From Candidatus Eremiobacteria bacterium (GTDB lineage Bacteria; Vulcanimicrobiota; Vulcanimicrobiia; Vulcanimicrobiales; Vulcanimicrobiaceae), in the NCBI GenBank assembly GCA_963758295.1, contig CAVWUU010000004.1, positions 384,001 through 448,000 of the forward strand: 64,000 nucleotides of DNA, read 5' to 3'. The position numbers were made by a program, and so were the translations under genes. Below the pieces are notes generated by a model, which saw only the letters and a list, made by a program, of their open reading frames with translations, searched no databases and had not been told where the DNA came from. This document shows positions 55,238 to 64,000 of this stretch, piece by piece (position 1 is the first letter of the stretch; each line of letters begins with the position of its first letter).

Positions 55238-56164
55238 TTAGGAAAGACGCAGCGAGAGCCCCCTCTCCTGAAGAACTTGCTTGATTTCGTCGAGCGACTT
55301 CTTGCCGAAGTTGCGCATCTTCATGATCTCGTCTTCCGTCAGATCGAGGAGTTCCGAGACTTTCGAGATGCCGGCGCGCTTCAGGCAGTTGAACGAACGC
55401 ACGGACAGGTTGAGCGATTCCACCGGAATGTCCCATTCGTTCGGCGGCGCTTCGGGCAGCGGTTCTTCGCGGTTCGTAAAACCGACGAAGAGATCGAGCT
55501 GCTCTTGCATGATCGTCGCGGCCGTTGCGAGCGCCTCATCGGGTGTGATCGAACCGTTCGTTTCAATTTCGAGAACGAGACGATCGAAGTCGACGCTCTG
55601 TCCGACGCGCGTGTCGTCCACCGAGAAGTTCACCTTCCGGATCGGCGAGAAGATCGAGTCGAGCGGAATGAGTCCGATCATGTGCTCGATGTTGCGCTGC
55701 TTGTCGGCCATAACGTAGCCGCGGCCTTTTTCGATACCCAGTTCCATCGAGAGCTTCGCGTCCTTCGACGAAAGCGTCGCGAGGTGGTAGTTCGGGTCGA
55801 GAATTTCGACGTCCGCATCCTGGGCGATGTCGCCCGCGGTGACGTCTTTGGGTCCGTTGACCGAAAGGTTCAGCACGCGCGGTTCGTCGCTGTTGAGCTT
55901 GACCGGCAAACCTTTGAGGTTCAGCATCAGCGCGATCGTGTCTTCGACCATTCCGGGAATCGTCGAGAACTCGTGCAGCACGCCGTCGATCTTCATGTAC
56001 GTGACGGCAGCGCCCGGGATCGAGCTAAGCAGAATGCGACGCAGCGCGTTGCCGAGCGTAATACCGAAACCGCGCTCGAGCGGTTCGATCACGAACTTGG
56101 CATAGTTCTCGCGGCGTTCGCGGACTTCAATGGTCGCGCCGGCGGGCGTCTCCAACGTGTTCAT
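55238..56164 (-). CDS. rpoA: RNA polymerase alpha subunit
   Basis: EPLERGFGITLGNALRRILLSS, LSVRSFNCLKRAGI, NFGKKSLDEI. Confidence 0.98.
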   Translation of the reverse strand: MNTLETPAGATIEVRERRENYAKFVIEPLERGFGITLGNALRRILLSSIPGAAVTYMKIDGVLHEFSTIPGMVEDTIALMLNLKGLPVKLNSDEPRVLNLSVNGPKDVTAGDIAQDADVEILDPNYHLATLSSKDAKLSMELGIEKGRGYVMADKQRNIEHMIGLIPLDSIFSPIRKVNFSVDDTRVGQSVDFDRLVLEIETNGSITPDEALATAATIMQEQLDLFVGFTNREEPLPEAPPNEWDIPVESLNLSVRSFNCLKRAGISKVSELLDLTEDEIMKMRNFGKKSLDEIKQVLQERGLSLRLS

Positions 56165-56269
56165 GTCTTTTCGATGTTCCTTTATTGCCGTTTACGTTAT
56201 CCGGCATCGTCCCCGACGACCCCGATCCTACGCCTAACGGCGGCTGGTGGCTTTTATTTGTCTAAGGCA

Positions 56270-56349
56270 GTCATGGTGAGCTTGTCGGACCATAGGCACA
56301 TACAAGCCTTTACTGGTATGCGCGTGTCCTTCGACGAGCTCACGATGAC
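56270..56349. repeat. Inverted doublet of CGTC-type REP-like repeat in the rpsD-rpoA spacer
   Basis: GTCATGGTGAGCTTGTCGGA ... TCCTTCGACGAGCTCACGATGAC long imperfect inverted repeat. Confidence 0.7.
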
Positions 56350-56355
56350 GAAGAG

Positions 56356-57012
56356 TTAGCGGCTGTAGTATTCGACGATAAGCTGTTCGTCGACGGGCGT
56401 GTCGATTTGCTCGCGCGACGGAATCTGAGTGACCTTACCGGTGTTCTCGGCATCGTTCCACTCGAGCCACTCCGGAGGACGGCGCGAACGCGCGACTTCG
56501 AGATTGGCCTCGAAAACCGGCGCCTTGAGGCTGCGCTCAGCGATCGTAATCACGTCGCCGGGCTTCACGATGATGGAGGGAACGTTGACGATCTTGCCGT
56601 TGAGGCGGAAGTGACGGTGCGTCACGAGCTGACGCGCTTGGGCGCGGCTCGTCGCAAGGTTCAAACGGTACACGACGTTGTCGAGACGGCGCTCGAGCAG
56701 CTGAAGGAACGTACGTCCCGTCTGACCCGGAACGCGGGCCGCATCGCGGAAGTAGTTCTCGAACTGCGTTTCGTGCACGCCGTAATAGCGGCGCATCTTC
56801 TGCTTCTCGCGCAGCTGACGGCCGTATTCCGAAATCTTGGTGCGCTGCTTGCCGGTGGTCTTTTGACCCGGCGCAGTACCGCGACGCTCGACCGCGCACT
56901 TGCGCGAGAGGCAACGGTCACCTTTAAGGAACAGCTTGATCTTTTCGCCGGTCTTGCTCGACGCCGTTTCGCGGCGGCACAGACGGCAGACAGGTCCGGT
57001 ATAACGCGACAT
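56356..57012 (-). CDS. rpsD: 30S ribosomal protein S4 (zinc-binding Cys type)
   Basis: MSRYTGPVCRLCRRE, QLREKQK, LERRLDNVVYR, IVEYYSR. Confidence 0.98.
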   Translation of the reverse strand: MSRYTGPVCRLCRRETASSKTGEKIKLFLKGDRCLSRKCAVERRGTAPGQKTTGKQRTKISEYGRQLREKQKMRRYYGVHETQFENYFRDAARVPGQTGRTFLQLLERRLDNVVYRLNLATSRAQARQLVTHRHFRLNGKIVNVPSIIVKPGDVITIAERSLKAPVFEANLEVARSRRPPEWLEWNDAENTGKVTQIPSREQIDTPVDEQLIVEYYSR

Positions 57013-57033
57013 TTATTCTCTCTTCAAACCTTA

Positions 57034-57430
57034 TTACACGCGGCGCCGTTTCGGCGGGCGGCAGCCATTGTGGGGAATGGGCGTAACATCTTTGATCATC
57101 GTGATCTCGAGGCCGGCGGCTTGCAGCGAACGAATTGCCGCTTCGCGTCCCGCGCCTGGACCTTTGACCATCACTTCCGTGGATTTCATGCCGTGGTCGA
57201 TCGCCTTACGCGCGGCCGACTCGGCAGCCATTTGCGCGGCAAACGGCGTCGACTTCTTCGAACCCTTGAAGCCGAGATTACCGGCCGAGGCCCACGAAAC
57301 GACGTTGCCGTGCGGATCGCGAGATCGTGACGATGGTGTTGTTGAACGACGCATGAACGTGCGTCACGCCCGATTGGACGTTTTTAACCTCACGCTTTTT
57401 GCGCGACTTGGTTTGCTTTTTGGCAGCCAA
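57034..57430 (-). CDS. rpsK: 30S ribosomal protein S11 (one extra base near 57320, likely a sequencing error)
   Basis: TTG start; ...[14 protein letters not shown] [+1 nt] [13 protein letters not shown]...GPGAGRE...[15 protein letters not shown]; span is 397 nt = 396 + 1. Confidence 0.95.
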
Positions 57431-57618
57431 CAGAAAACTCCGATGCTCTGTTTATCCTGTCCCCGAACGACGGGGTGTCGTCGCCTCGACCAGCGTTCCG
57501 CAGGAGCGGAAACCCGATCTTTGCTCCCGATGCCCGGCGAAAGCATCGGTCTTCGGACCCTAAGGCCCGAAGGGCATAAAGCCGCGTGCGCCGCCTGAAG
57601 AGAGAGGCGCGGCGCCAA
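57431..57618 (-). promoter_or_regulatory. Structured ~190-nt 5' leader of the rpsK operon (candidate r-protein autoregulatory RNA)
   Basis: Several hairpins (GCCC-TTCG-GGC, CCGATGC...GCATCGG, TTCCGC...GCGGAA) between the promoter and rpsK start. Confidence 0.5.
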
Positions 57619-57624
57619 GCTGAT

Positions 57625-57653
57625 ACTCTACCTTAACCCCCGCTCCCGGTCAA
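57625..57653 (-). promoter_or_regulatory. Sigma70 promoter of rpsK-rpsD-rpoA-rplQ
   Basis: TTGACC-N17-TAGAGT. Confidence 0.75.
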
Positions 57654-57923
57654 GTGACGTAGTCGCCCTTGCCCTGCTTAGGAGCAGCCTCCCGGGAGTG
57701 TGGAAGCTTGCGCGCCGAAGCGAGGCGGCGATTGCCGGCTCCCGGACGAGTTCCATGCAAGCGACGTGGTCGCCCGCCAGCGTCATCGTGAGCAGCGGCG
57801 CGTGCCGCGTAGTCGAAGGAGAGGCGCATCCCGGCTCCTGCTCGATCTATCCGCCGCTGCACAACGCGCCTATTGCGTCAGCAACACCGGAACAGTTGCT
57901 CGATCCACTTTCCTTCTTGGAGC

Positions 57924-58499
57924 TCACGCGTCATAGAAGGTCTTCGGTGCCACCCATCCATCCTGCGCAATCGAGGCAATCCAGCTTCGTAGAGCCGCAC
58001 GCAGCAACTGAAAGGTCAATAGCAGGCATACTAAGCCGAACGATACTTCCGTTAACACGCAGATTGTCCAAACAAAGCTACGCGCGTCGTTTTGCGGCTG
58101 GCTCGCAATCATCAGGAGCATCAGTGCGCCGAACGTAAGCGCGCTCAATGCAAAGGCGGGCGCGGCAATGATCTTTTTGGCGGGCGCCATACGGACTGCA
58201 AAGTTGTATATGGTAACGGTAAGCCAGCCGATGGAGAAAATGAATGCTCCCAGCACCCATACAAAACGCTCCCCGGCGGAAGCGACGATCGCTGGCCATA
58301 GAAACATTGTCAAGTAGGCCAGCACAGCGCATGCCCAGCGCACGGAATTCGGCCATCCCAACGCTTTTCGTAAGAGAATACTCGGCTTACGGCTTGGCCA
58401 GCCTTCTTCGAAAAGCTGCACGATCGACCGGTTCGCGGGCGGCGCATTGGAGTCGACGCCCATGTGACGCGAGCTGCGCGACGCGCTATTATCGCGCAA
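57924..58499 (-). CDS. Hypothetical membrane protein (about 4 TM helices)
   Basis: Four hydrophobic segments; start uncertain. Confidence 0.55.
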   Translation of the reverse strand: MRDNSASRSSRHMGVDSNAPPANRSIVQLFEEGWPSRKPSILLRKALGWPNSVRWACAVLAYLTMFLWPAIVASAGERFVWVLGAFIFSIGWLTVTIYNFAVRMAPAKKIIAAPAFALSALTFGALMLLMIASQPQNDARSFVWTICVLTEVSFGLVCLLLTFQLLRAALRSWIASIAQDGWVAPKTFYDA

Positions 58500-58620
58500 T
58501 GTGAACTCTTTGGGAATCCAGTGTTCGCACCACGCGCTGCCTCCGTACCCAAGCCGCTTACGGTTTTTCTTGCGGCTGTTTTAGCCGCTAATTCAAAAGC
58601 GAGATTATTATATGCGCCTG

Positions 58621-58644
58621 CCCTTCGACAATCTCAGGGTGACG
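58621..58644 (-). repeat. CGTC-type REP-like repeat
   Basis: Minus strand CGTCACCCTGAGATTGTCGAAGGG just after the stop of the 58651 gene. Confidence 0.65.
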
Positions 58645-58650
58645 GAGTTT

Positions 58651-59622
58651 CTAAAGTTGCGTGTGGAAGTCGAGTTTGAGGACGCCGAATGCGAGCCGGA
58701 GATTGTCGGGCGGAGGAACGCGCTCGATGCAGCGACAGCTTTGAATGTTGAAATTCGTGTAGCTGAACGTGATGTTCTTCGAAAAGACTTTCGTGACGCC
58801 CCAAATGATGCCGCGATAGGCTTCGGGCACGGCGGAATCATGATAGAGCACGGGGAGATTGATGTACGTAATCGTCGGGATGAGCGTCGTCGAATACAGC
58901 AACGGAATCTTCGCGGTAATCGAATACGGGAAGAGCGTTTGCGTTCCAACCCACGCGGGCAGTCCGCCTAAGGCCGCGCCGGGCGGCGGAAGGTCGGGAC
59001 GCGGCACGTACTTGATGTCGCCGGTTACATTGAAGATTCGGCCGATACGCGAATTCGGACCGAAGTCCCACGATCCGCCAATCGTATAGCCGTGTTCGTC
59101 GATCGAAAGCGGATTCGGTTGTTGCTGGCCGGTTACGGTGTCCGGGCAGTCCTTTTGATTCAAACAAAGGCCCGTTACGTCTTGGCGTTGATGGCTGAAG
59201 TACGTGGCGTGCACGCTGAATCCGCCGCCGACTACGTGGCTCAACGCAATCGTGTCCGTGTAGTCGTACAAAGAGCCGGAAACGAACGAGGTGAGCGGCG
59301 CGAGCGTTAAAATCCGTCCGAGCGCATAAGCGACGTTGCCGTGCGAAAGGGATAAATGCGTCTTCTCATCGAGTTTGATGTCGATGCCATAGTCCACGCG
59401 CACGTCGTTCGGCACGGGATGATCGTGCGTATATCCGAGTCCTATGTAACCGGGCGGCGGTGGCGCGTTGACATCCCCGTTCGTTCCCATGAGATAAACG
59501 GGCGCGACGCTGACGGTAATGCGCTTGAGGACGTCGTCGGCGCGCGCGGTTTGCGTGTTTTGTATCAACAGCGACAAAACGGCCGTAATGACTGCCGAAA
59601 TACGCAAAAATCGTCGAAGCAT
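58651..59622 (-). CDS. Secreted hypothetical protein, possible outer-membrane beta-barrel
   Basis: GGAGG RBS, signal peptide ending ARA, alternating beta-strand patterns, two Cys pairs. Confidence 0.7.
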   Translation of the reverse strand: MLRRFLRISAVITAVLSLLIQNTQTARADDVLKRITVSVAPVYLMGTNGDVNAPPPPGYIGLGYTHDHPVPNDVRVDYGIDIKLDEKTHLSLSHGNVAYALGRILTLAPLTSFVSGSLYDYTDTIALSHVVGGGFSVHATYFSHQRQDVTGLCLNQKDCPDTVTGQQQPNPLSIDEHGYTIGGSWDFGPNSRIGRIFNVTGDIKYVPRPDLPPPGAALGGLPAWVGTQTLFPYSITAKIPLLYSTTLIPTITYINLPVLYHDSAVPEAYRGIIWGVTKVFSKNITFSYTNFNIQSCRCIERVPPPDNLRLAFGVLKLDFHTQL

Positions 59623-59736
59623 GGCGGCACCTCCGCAGCTTGATGATAACGCGGACGAGCGGTGTTCCCAATCGTACAAACTGCTGAGTTAGCCAAGCGG
59701 CGGAAGGCTAGGTGTTCCGTCCAAGCGGCATAGAGA

Positions 59737-59766
59737 AAACGGGCCCGGCAGAAGCCGGGCCCGTTT
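59737..59766 (-). terminator. Intrinsic terminator
   Basis: AAACGGGCCCGGC-AGAA-GCCGGGCCCGTTT perfect inverted repeat. Confidence 0.85.
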
Positions 59767-59787
59767 GCCGTTTAGCCAAGTTCCCGA

Positions 59788-61086
59788 TTAGAACTTGATG
59801 CCGATGCCCGCGTACGGGCCGTTGTGCGAGAAGTCGCTGGGCGCGTTGGTTTTGTTTTTGCCATTGTCGCCCATCCAGCCGAGGTCGAGGAAGACCGGGC
59901 TCTTACCGAACGCCACGGTGGCGCCGATTTGGTACTTCAAGATGTTGTACGCGAGTTGGTATCCGACGCCCGTGCCGGGATCCGTGTAGTTACCCTTCAC
60001 GTTCGGATAGTAGAACGCACTACCATAGAGCGAGAACGACTGGTTGAGGTCGGGCAGTTTTTCTGCACCGAAGCCAAAGCCGTTCTGCTTCGGATAGCCG
60101 TAGTTATTCGTACGCCACAGATATCCGACACCGATGTAGATGCGCGGATCGGCAACTTTCAGGCCGAAGCGTGCATCGACGTCTTGATCGCGCGCGGTGA
60201 ACGCCGGAACGAACGTCTGTCCCGTTTGACCGATGGTCGTCACGTTACAGCCGAGGTCGCCGAGGCCGGCGCAATTGTGCGGATACTGGAAGCGTTCGAA
60301 GTTGCCGGCAAGCATCCAGGGCAGGTTGAACGCATCGAACTCGATAGCGCCGCGAATCGAATACGAGTTGGTGCCCTTATTACCGGGGCTGAACTCGTTG
60401 TACACCTTCGGTGAGAAGATGTAATCGCCGGCGACAAAGATGTCCTTATACGGCGTCGCCGCAGGAGCCGGGGTCGGCGTGGGTGCGGTGGTCGGCGCAG
60501 TCGTCGGCGCTTCGGTCGGAGCCGGAGCGGGCGGCGGCGGCGTCGCGGTCACGTAACGCACGACAACGACTTGCTTGTCGGGAACCCATTGGACGTACGC
60601 GCCCATGCCTTCCGAAATTACGCGAACCGGCACGAGGACGTTGCCCTGGTACATGATCGGCGCGACGTCCAAAGGACGCGATTCACCGTTGATGACCACT
60701 TCCGGCTTTCCGACAGTAACCTTTACTTCGGAACCCGGCTTGCTGACGGTGACCGTTTTACTTCCCGCATCGAAAGAAACCGATGCGCCCATTTGTTCGA
60801 ACATCGAACGCAACGGGATGAGAACGGTGCCGCCCTTCACGAGCGCAGCGAGAACGCGACCTTGCTTCAGAGTGTCGGGTTTGCTGTAAACGTGATGGTC
60901 GTTGAAAAGAATCGGGATTTGGCCTGACGGCGGAGTTCCGAAGTTCGCCGCCGGGGCAGAACCCGCTTGCGCAACCACAGCTTGTCCATTGTTGCTCTGT
61001 GCTTGCGTTGTCGGAGCTGCCACCGCGGTGAGCCCGCACGACGCTGCGATCAGCGTCGCCAGGACTCCGGTGCTCAGTCGTTTCAC
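59788..61086 (-). CDS. Copper amine oxidase N-terminal (stalk) domain + Pro/Thr linker + outer-membrane beta-barrel
   Basis: Signal peptide; LIPLRSMFEQMGASVSFD and LVPVRVISEGMGAYVQW repeats; PAPTEAPTTAP linker; C-terminal GPYAGIGIKF barrel signal. Confidence 0.85.
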   Translation of the reverse strand: MKRLSTGVLATLIAASCGLTAVAAPTTQAQSNNGQAVVAQAGSAPAANFGTPPSGQIPILFNDHHVYSKPDTLKQGRVLAALVKGGTVLIPLRSMFEQMGASVSFDAGSKTVTVSKPGSEVKVTVGKPEVVINGESRPLDVAPIMYQGNVLVPVRVISEGMGAYVQWVPDKQVVVVRYVTATPPPPAPAPTEAPTTAPTTAPTPTPAPAATPYKDIFVAGDYIFSPKVYNEFSPGNKGTNSYSIRGAIEFDAFNLPWMLAGNFERFQYPHNCAGLGDLGCNVTTIGQTGQTFVPAFTARDQDVDARFGLKVADPRIYIGVGYLWRTNNYGYPKQNGFGFGAEKLPDLNQSFSLYGSAFYYPNVKGNYTDPGTGVGYQLAYNILKYQIGATVAFGKSPVFLDLGWMGDNGKNKTNAPSDFSHNGPYAGIGIKF

Positions 61087-61196
61087 AAAAGCCTCCTAGT
61101 TATATTTGCTTATCTGCGGAGCGAGTGTTCAACCCGTTCCTTGATTCATAACGCGTTGGGCGCCTGAATGGTTCCCATGCGACTGAACCAATGGGC

Positions 61197-62411
61197 TTAT
61201 TTCCCCGGTGAATTACCGGGTAAACGCCAAATCCAAGCGATTCCTATCAGGATTTCCACAGAAGCGACAAGAAATGCGATACGCGGGCCGACTGTTGTCG
61301 CAAGTGCGCCAAAACGCGCAAGAATAGCAGTCGCAATAACAGGCGCAATCATTTGCGGCCCGACAACAGCGAGATTCCAAATACCCATCGTCGTTGCAAG
61401 TGCGTCCGGCGGCAATAGCCGGCACGCAAATGCCCAATCAGCACACAAGAAAATGCCCCAACCGACGCCTGCGAAAAGAATTGCTACGGGCATGCCGGCA
61501 ATTACGTGTAACGACGCGAGAGCTAACGACGCTGCTGCTACAATACCGCCGCCGATCGTTACGACGAGCCGTTCGTCCAAACGATCCGACGGCTTCGCAG
61601 CGGCGGCGGCGCCTGCCGTTCCAACGAGCGTAAATAATAAAATGGCAATGCCCGTAATTGTCGTCGCATCGACGTGCATCGATGGCGAGAGCGCATTGCG
61701 AACGTAGAAAAACAAATACCCGAGGATCGTATAGAAGCCGACGTAGACGAAGGCGCGCGACACGAAGAGATCCCCTAACGTACGAGTCACGGCGATCGTT
61801 CGCTCTTGCGTCGGCGCTCGAAGCGGCAGCGCCCGCACGTGTATCACGGTGATGGCGCACGTACCGAGTAACGCAATGCCGATAGCCACACCCAGCGCCA
61901 TGCGGCTTCCGAGAATCGTTGCAATCAGCGCGCCGGCAGCGTTTCCGGCGCTTTGCATTGCAGCCATCCAGGCCGAAGCGCCGCCGAGCCGGGAACTCTC
62001 GACGGTGTCCGGAAGAATCGCCTGATACGGTCCGATTGCAAGATTCAGTGCGAATTGCAATGCGATAAATGTTGCCAGCAATTGCAGCGGCGTCGCCGCG
62101 AGGTAAAACGCCACGATGGCCGCGGCGCCACCCAGTGCACCGGCGACGTAGAAACCGCAGCGATTGTTCCCACGCCGCCGAAGCGTGTCGGACCAAATCC
62201 CGATAGGAATCTGCGTAACCGCCGCGGTTAGCGCTCCTAGCGCGGAAATTTCACCATAGGTTGCGAGCGAAGCGGGACCGGCAAGTTGCACGCAGCGCGC
62301 CTGCAACGAAATGCCAAGCACTGCACCCCACACGAGTTGGATGCCGAACCAGTACGCCGCAAGTTTGGGCGCAGCCGCGTTACCAGTGCGTGCGCGCGTA
62401 CCGGTACTCAT
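61197..62411 (-). CDS. MFS transporter
   Basis: About 12 TM helices; GIWSDTLRRRG and PSDRLDER loop motifs; PYQAILPD. Confidence 0.88.
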   Translation of the reverse strand: MSTGTRARTGNAAAPKLAAYWFGIQLVWGAVLGISLQARCVQLAGPASLATYGEISALGALTAAVTQIPIGIWSDTLRRRGNNRCGFYVAGALGGAAAIVAFYLAATPLQLLATFIALQFALNLAIGPYQAILPDTVESSRLGGASAWMAAMQSAGNAAGALIATILGSRMALGVAIGIALLGTCAITVIHVRALPLRAPTQERTIAVTRTLGDLFVSRAFVYVGFYTILGYLFFYVRNALSPSMHVDATTITGIAILLFTLVGTAGAAAAAKPSDRLDERLVVTIGGGIVAAASLALASLHVIAGMPVAILFAGVGWGIFLCADWAFACRLLPPDALATTMGIWNLAVVGPQMIAPVIATAILARFGALATTVGPRIAFLVASVEILIGIAWIWRLPGNSPGK

Positions 62412-63114
62412 CTACCGAGTCGGCATCGTATCCCAGCTCGGGTGCAGCCTCGCGTATCGCGACAGCGGGCGTTCCGAGCACCACACGTGCGCGCCGTTCC
62501 ACGTCCTCAACGGTAAGACGCCCGATTGCGAATCGCGCGAGAAGCGCCGGACCGGCCAGTGATGCCATCTTCCATGGGGCTTTCCGCGCATCGAAGAATG
62601 CGGAGGCCACGGTGGATACCCGTTCTACCGCGCCGGGCGGAATGTGAAAGATACCGCCGTTCACGACGCGTTCACCGGCCAGCGTAATACCGCATGGCGG
62701 CGCATCCGGAAATCGCGTCGTGAAGGCTTCGTAGCTACTGAGCGGCATCGAAACCGCATCCGCCGGCGATCGTACGATGAAGTCCGTCAATGCGGGCGCA
62801 CTCAAATACGGCATGTCGCTGGTGAGGTATACCAGCGATTCGCCGTCTTCGGGCCATGCACGCAACGCACGCAGGACGTTTTGCGCGCCGGTCGGCGCAC
62901 CGTCGATGATCGCGTCAACGCGACCATTTACCGCCTCCCGCACCAACGGCTCCGCGATCACCGCAATCCGGGTTATGTTGCATTCGCGCAAGACATCGAT
63001 CGTGCGCTGCAGCATCGTGGCACCGCGTATTTCGGCAAGGGCTTTGATCGGCGTGCCCGCTTCTGCCGCGTAGGCTCCGTCGATGCGGCCGCCGGTAGTA
63101 ATAACGGCTTTCAT
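62380..63114 (-). CDS. MobA-like NTP-transferase family protein
   Basis: MKAVITTGG...KALAEIRGATML; TSDMP; YDAD. Confidence 0.8.
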   Translation of the reverse strand: MKAVITTGGRIDGAYAAEAGTPIKALAEIRGATMLQRTIDVLRECNITRIAVIAEPLVREAVNGRVDAIIDGAPTGAQNVLRALRAWPEDGESLVYLTSDMPYLSAPALTDFIVRSPADAVSMPLSSYEAFTTRFPDAPPCGITLAGERVVNGGIFHIPPGAVERVSTVASAFFDARKAPWKMASLAGPALLARFAIGRLTVEDVERRARVVLGTPAVAIREAAPELGYDADSVDEYRYARTHW

Positions 63115-63986
63115 TGCTCCTCACCCGGCGCCGGAAATCCCGGAAACATCGCCTGTTCCGGATTACCGCCTTCGCCTCGTGCAACGTAGGCTTCTGCCGC
63201 TTCTCCATAGCGGTCGTTCAAGAGTTCCTCCAGCATCTGCGCGTTTTGCGCGGCCTTGCCACCCGCATGGTTATTGAAGAAGACGTACGTTTCCTCAACC
63301 TGCGCATCGATTTCGGCAATACGATCGGACCATGGTTCCAATTCCGGAGCGCTGTAATCGTACTGGTAGCGCGTAGCGTTCGTACCGGTCCACCATTGCT
63401 TGCTGTTGCGTCCGTGCAGCCGCACGTAGCCTACGGCACTCGTTGCATCGGACGCCGAATGCGGAAGCTCCTCGAAAGAAGGCATGTCGACGTTGCAGAA
63501 GCCCACGTTCAGTTCACGCAACAGCCGCAGCGTCTCGGCCGTCTGCCATGCGCGGTGACGAAACTCCACGACGACCGGAATGTCTTCGAACGCGCCGGCC
63601 ACGCGAACCAAGTAGTTGCGATTGCGTTCATCCGGTTTGAAACCGTTGGGAAATTGTGCCAGGACGCACGCAAGTTTGCCCGATGCTCGTAGCGGCTCCA
63701 GCGCTTCGCACAGGAGCGCAGCATCGGGATGCACGGGGGCAGCGCTGTCGGGCGCATGGGTCACCGTTTGCGGGGCTTTGAAACTGAACCGGAATTCTGC
63801 CGGCGTGCGACGGTCCATCGCGGCCACCGCTCGCGGCTGCGGCACGCCATAATAGCTCATGTCGATCTCGACGGCCGGAAACTGCCGTGAGTAGAACGGC
63901 AGCATCTCCTCGGAGCGCGTGCGGGGCGGATAAAACGGCCCGATCCAGTCCTTGTAAGCGAACCCGCACGTCCCGACGTAGATCAC
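63111..63986 (-). CDS. DUF72 family protein
   Basis: IYVGTCGFAYKDW, VEIDMSYY, FSFKAP, VEFRH, YVRLHGRN, YVFFNNH. Confidence 0.93.
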   Translation of the reverse strand: MIYVGTCGFAYKDWIGPFYPPRTRSEEMLPFYSRQFPAVEIDMSYYGVPQPRAVAAMDRRTPAEFRFSFKAPQTVTHAPDSAAPVHPDAALLCEALEPLRASGKLACVLAQFPNGFKPDERNRNYLVRVAGAFEDIPVVVEFRHRAWQTAETLRLLRELNVGFCNVDMPSFEELPHSASDATSAVGYVRLHGRNSKQWWTGTNATRYQYDYSAPELEPWSDRIAEIDAQVEETYVFFNNHAGGKAAQNAQMLEELLNDRYGEAAEAYVARGEGGNPEQAMFPGFPAPGEEQ

Positions 63987-64000
63987 GCGTCGGGCTTCGC

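Noticed and set aside
57315..57325. Possible programmed frameshift in rpsK
   Set aside because: No slippery run at the site (ATC TCG C GAT); an essential gene in a window with other indels, so a sequencing error is more likely.
57655..57923. Short ORFs upstream of the rpsK promoter, possibly a gene remnant
   Set aside because: No RBS, motif or consistent frame that supports a call.
60455..60545. Tandem-like GC-rich repeats (also 37890-38000 and 4180-4200)
   Set aside because: These are Pro/Thr/Gly-rich protein linkers, not CRISPR or DNA-level repeats; there is no repeat-spacer periodicity.

Overview
A GC-rich bacterial chromosomal segment carrying mostly core and housekeeping genes. The gene repertoire suggests a diderm Terrabacteria lineage such as Candidatus Eremiobacterota/Vulcanimicrobiota; this is an inference that a 16S search could test. 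From left to right: ECF sigma/anti-sigma/ABC operon; OmpR/MprAB-like two-component system with a Spy-like target; SpoIIE-HATPase and MCP sensors; dnaE(intein)-hisD-like-HAD-ftsQ operon; GGDEF protein; type-E succinate dehydrogenase (sdhA, sdhB, CCG subunit); two small ORFs; a heavily frameshifted aldehyde dehydrogenase plus cbb3-like oxidase cluster; pckA, pfp and tandem PQQ beta-propellers; a complete minus-strand rRNA operon with no spacer tRNA; pruA; trpDCFBA; an alpha operon (rpsK-rpsD-rpoA-rplQ) without rpsM; envelope proteins, MFS, NTP-transferase and DUF72. No CRISPR array, prophage or transposase was seen. Strongest leads: (1) a small basic ORF with an intrinsic terminator inside its coding sequence, the ArfA/BrfA non-stop-mRNA architecture; (2) a HisD homologue lacking catalytic residues, translationally coupled to dnaE; (3) a ~140-nt insertion in 23S rRNA domain III; (4) a ~190-nt structured leader on the rpsM-less alpha operon; (5) a divergent C-family heme-copper oxidase with an Ig-like-cytochrome c partner. 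Indels at 25-30 kb and in rpsK suggest local sequencing errors, so frameshifts are interpreted cautiously. All family assignments come from motif recognition by eye, not database searches.
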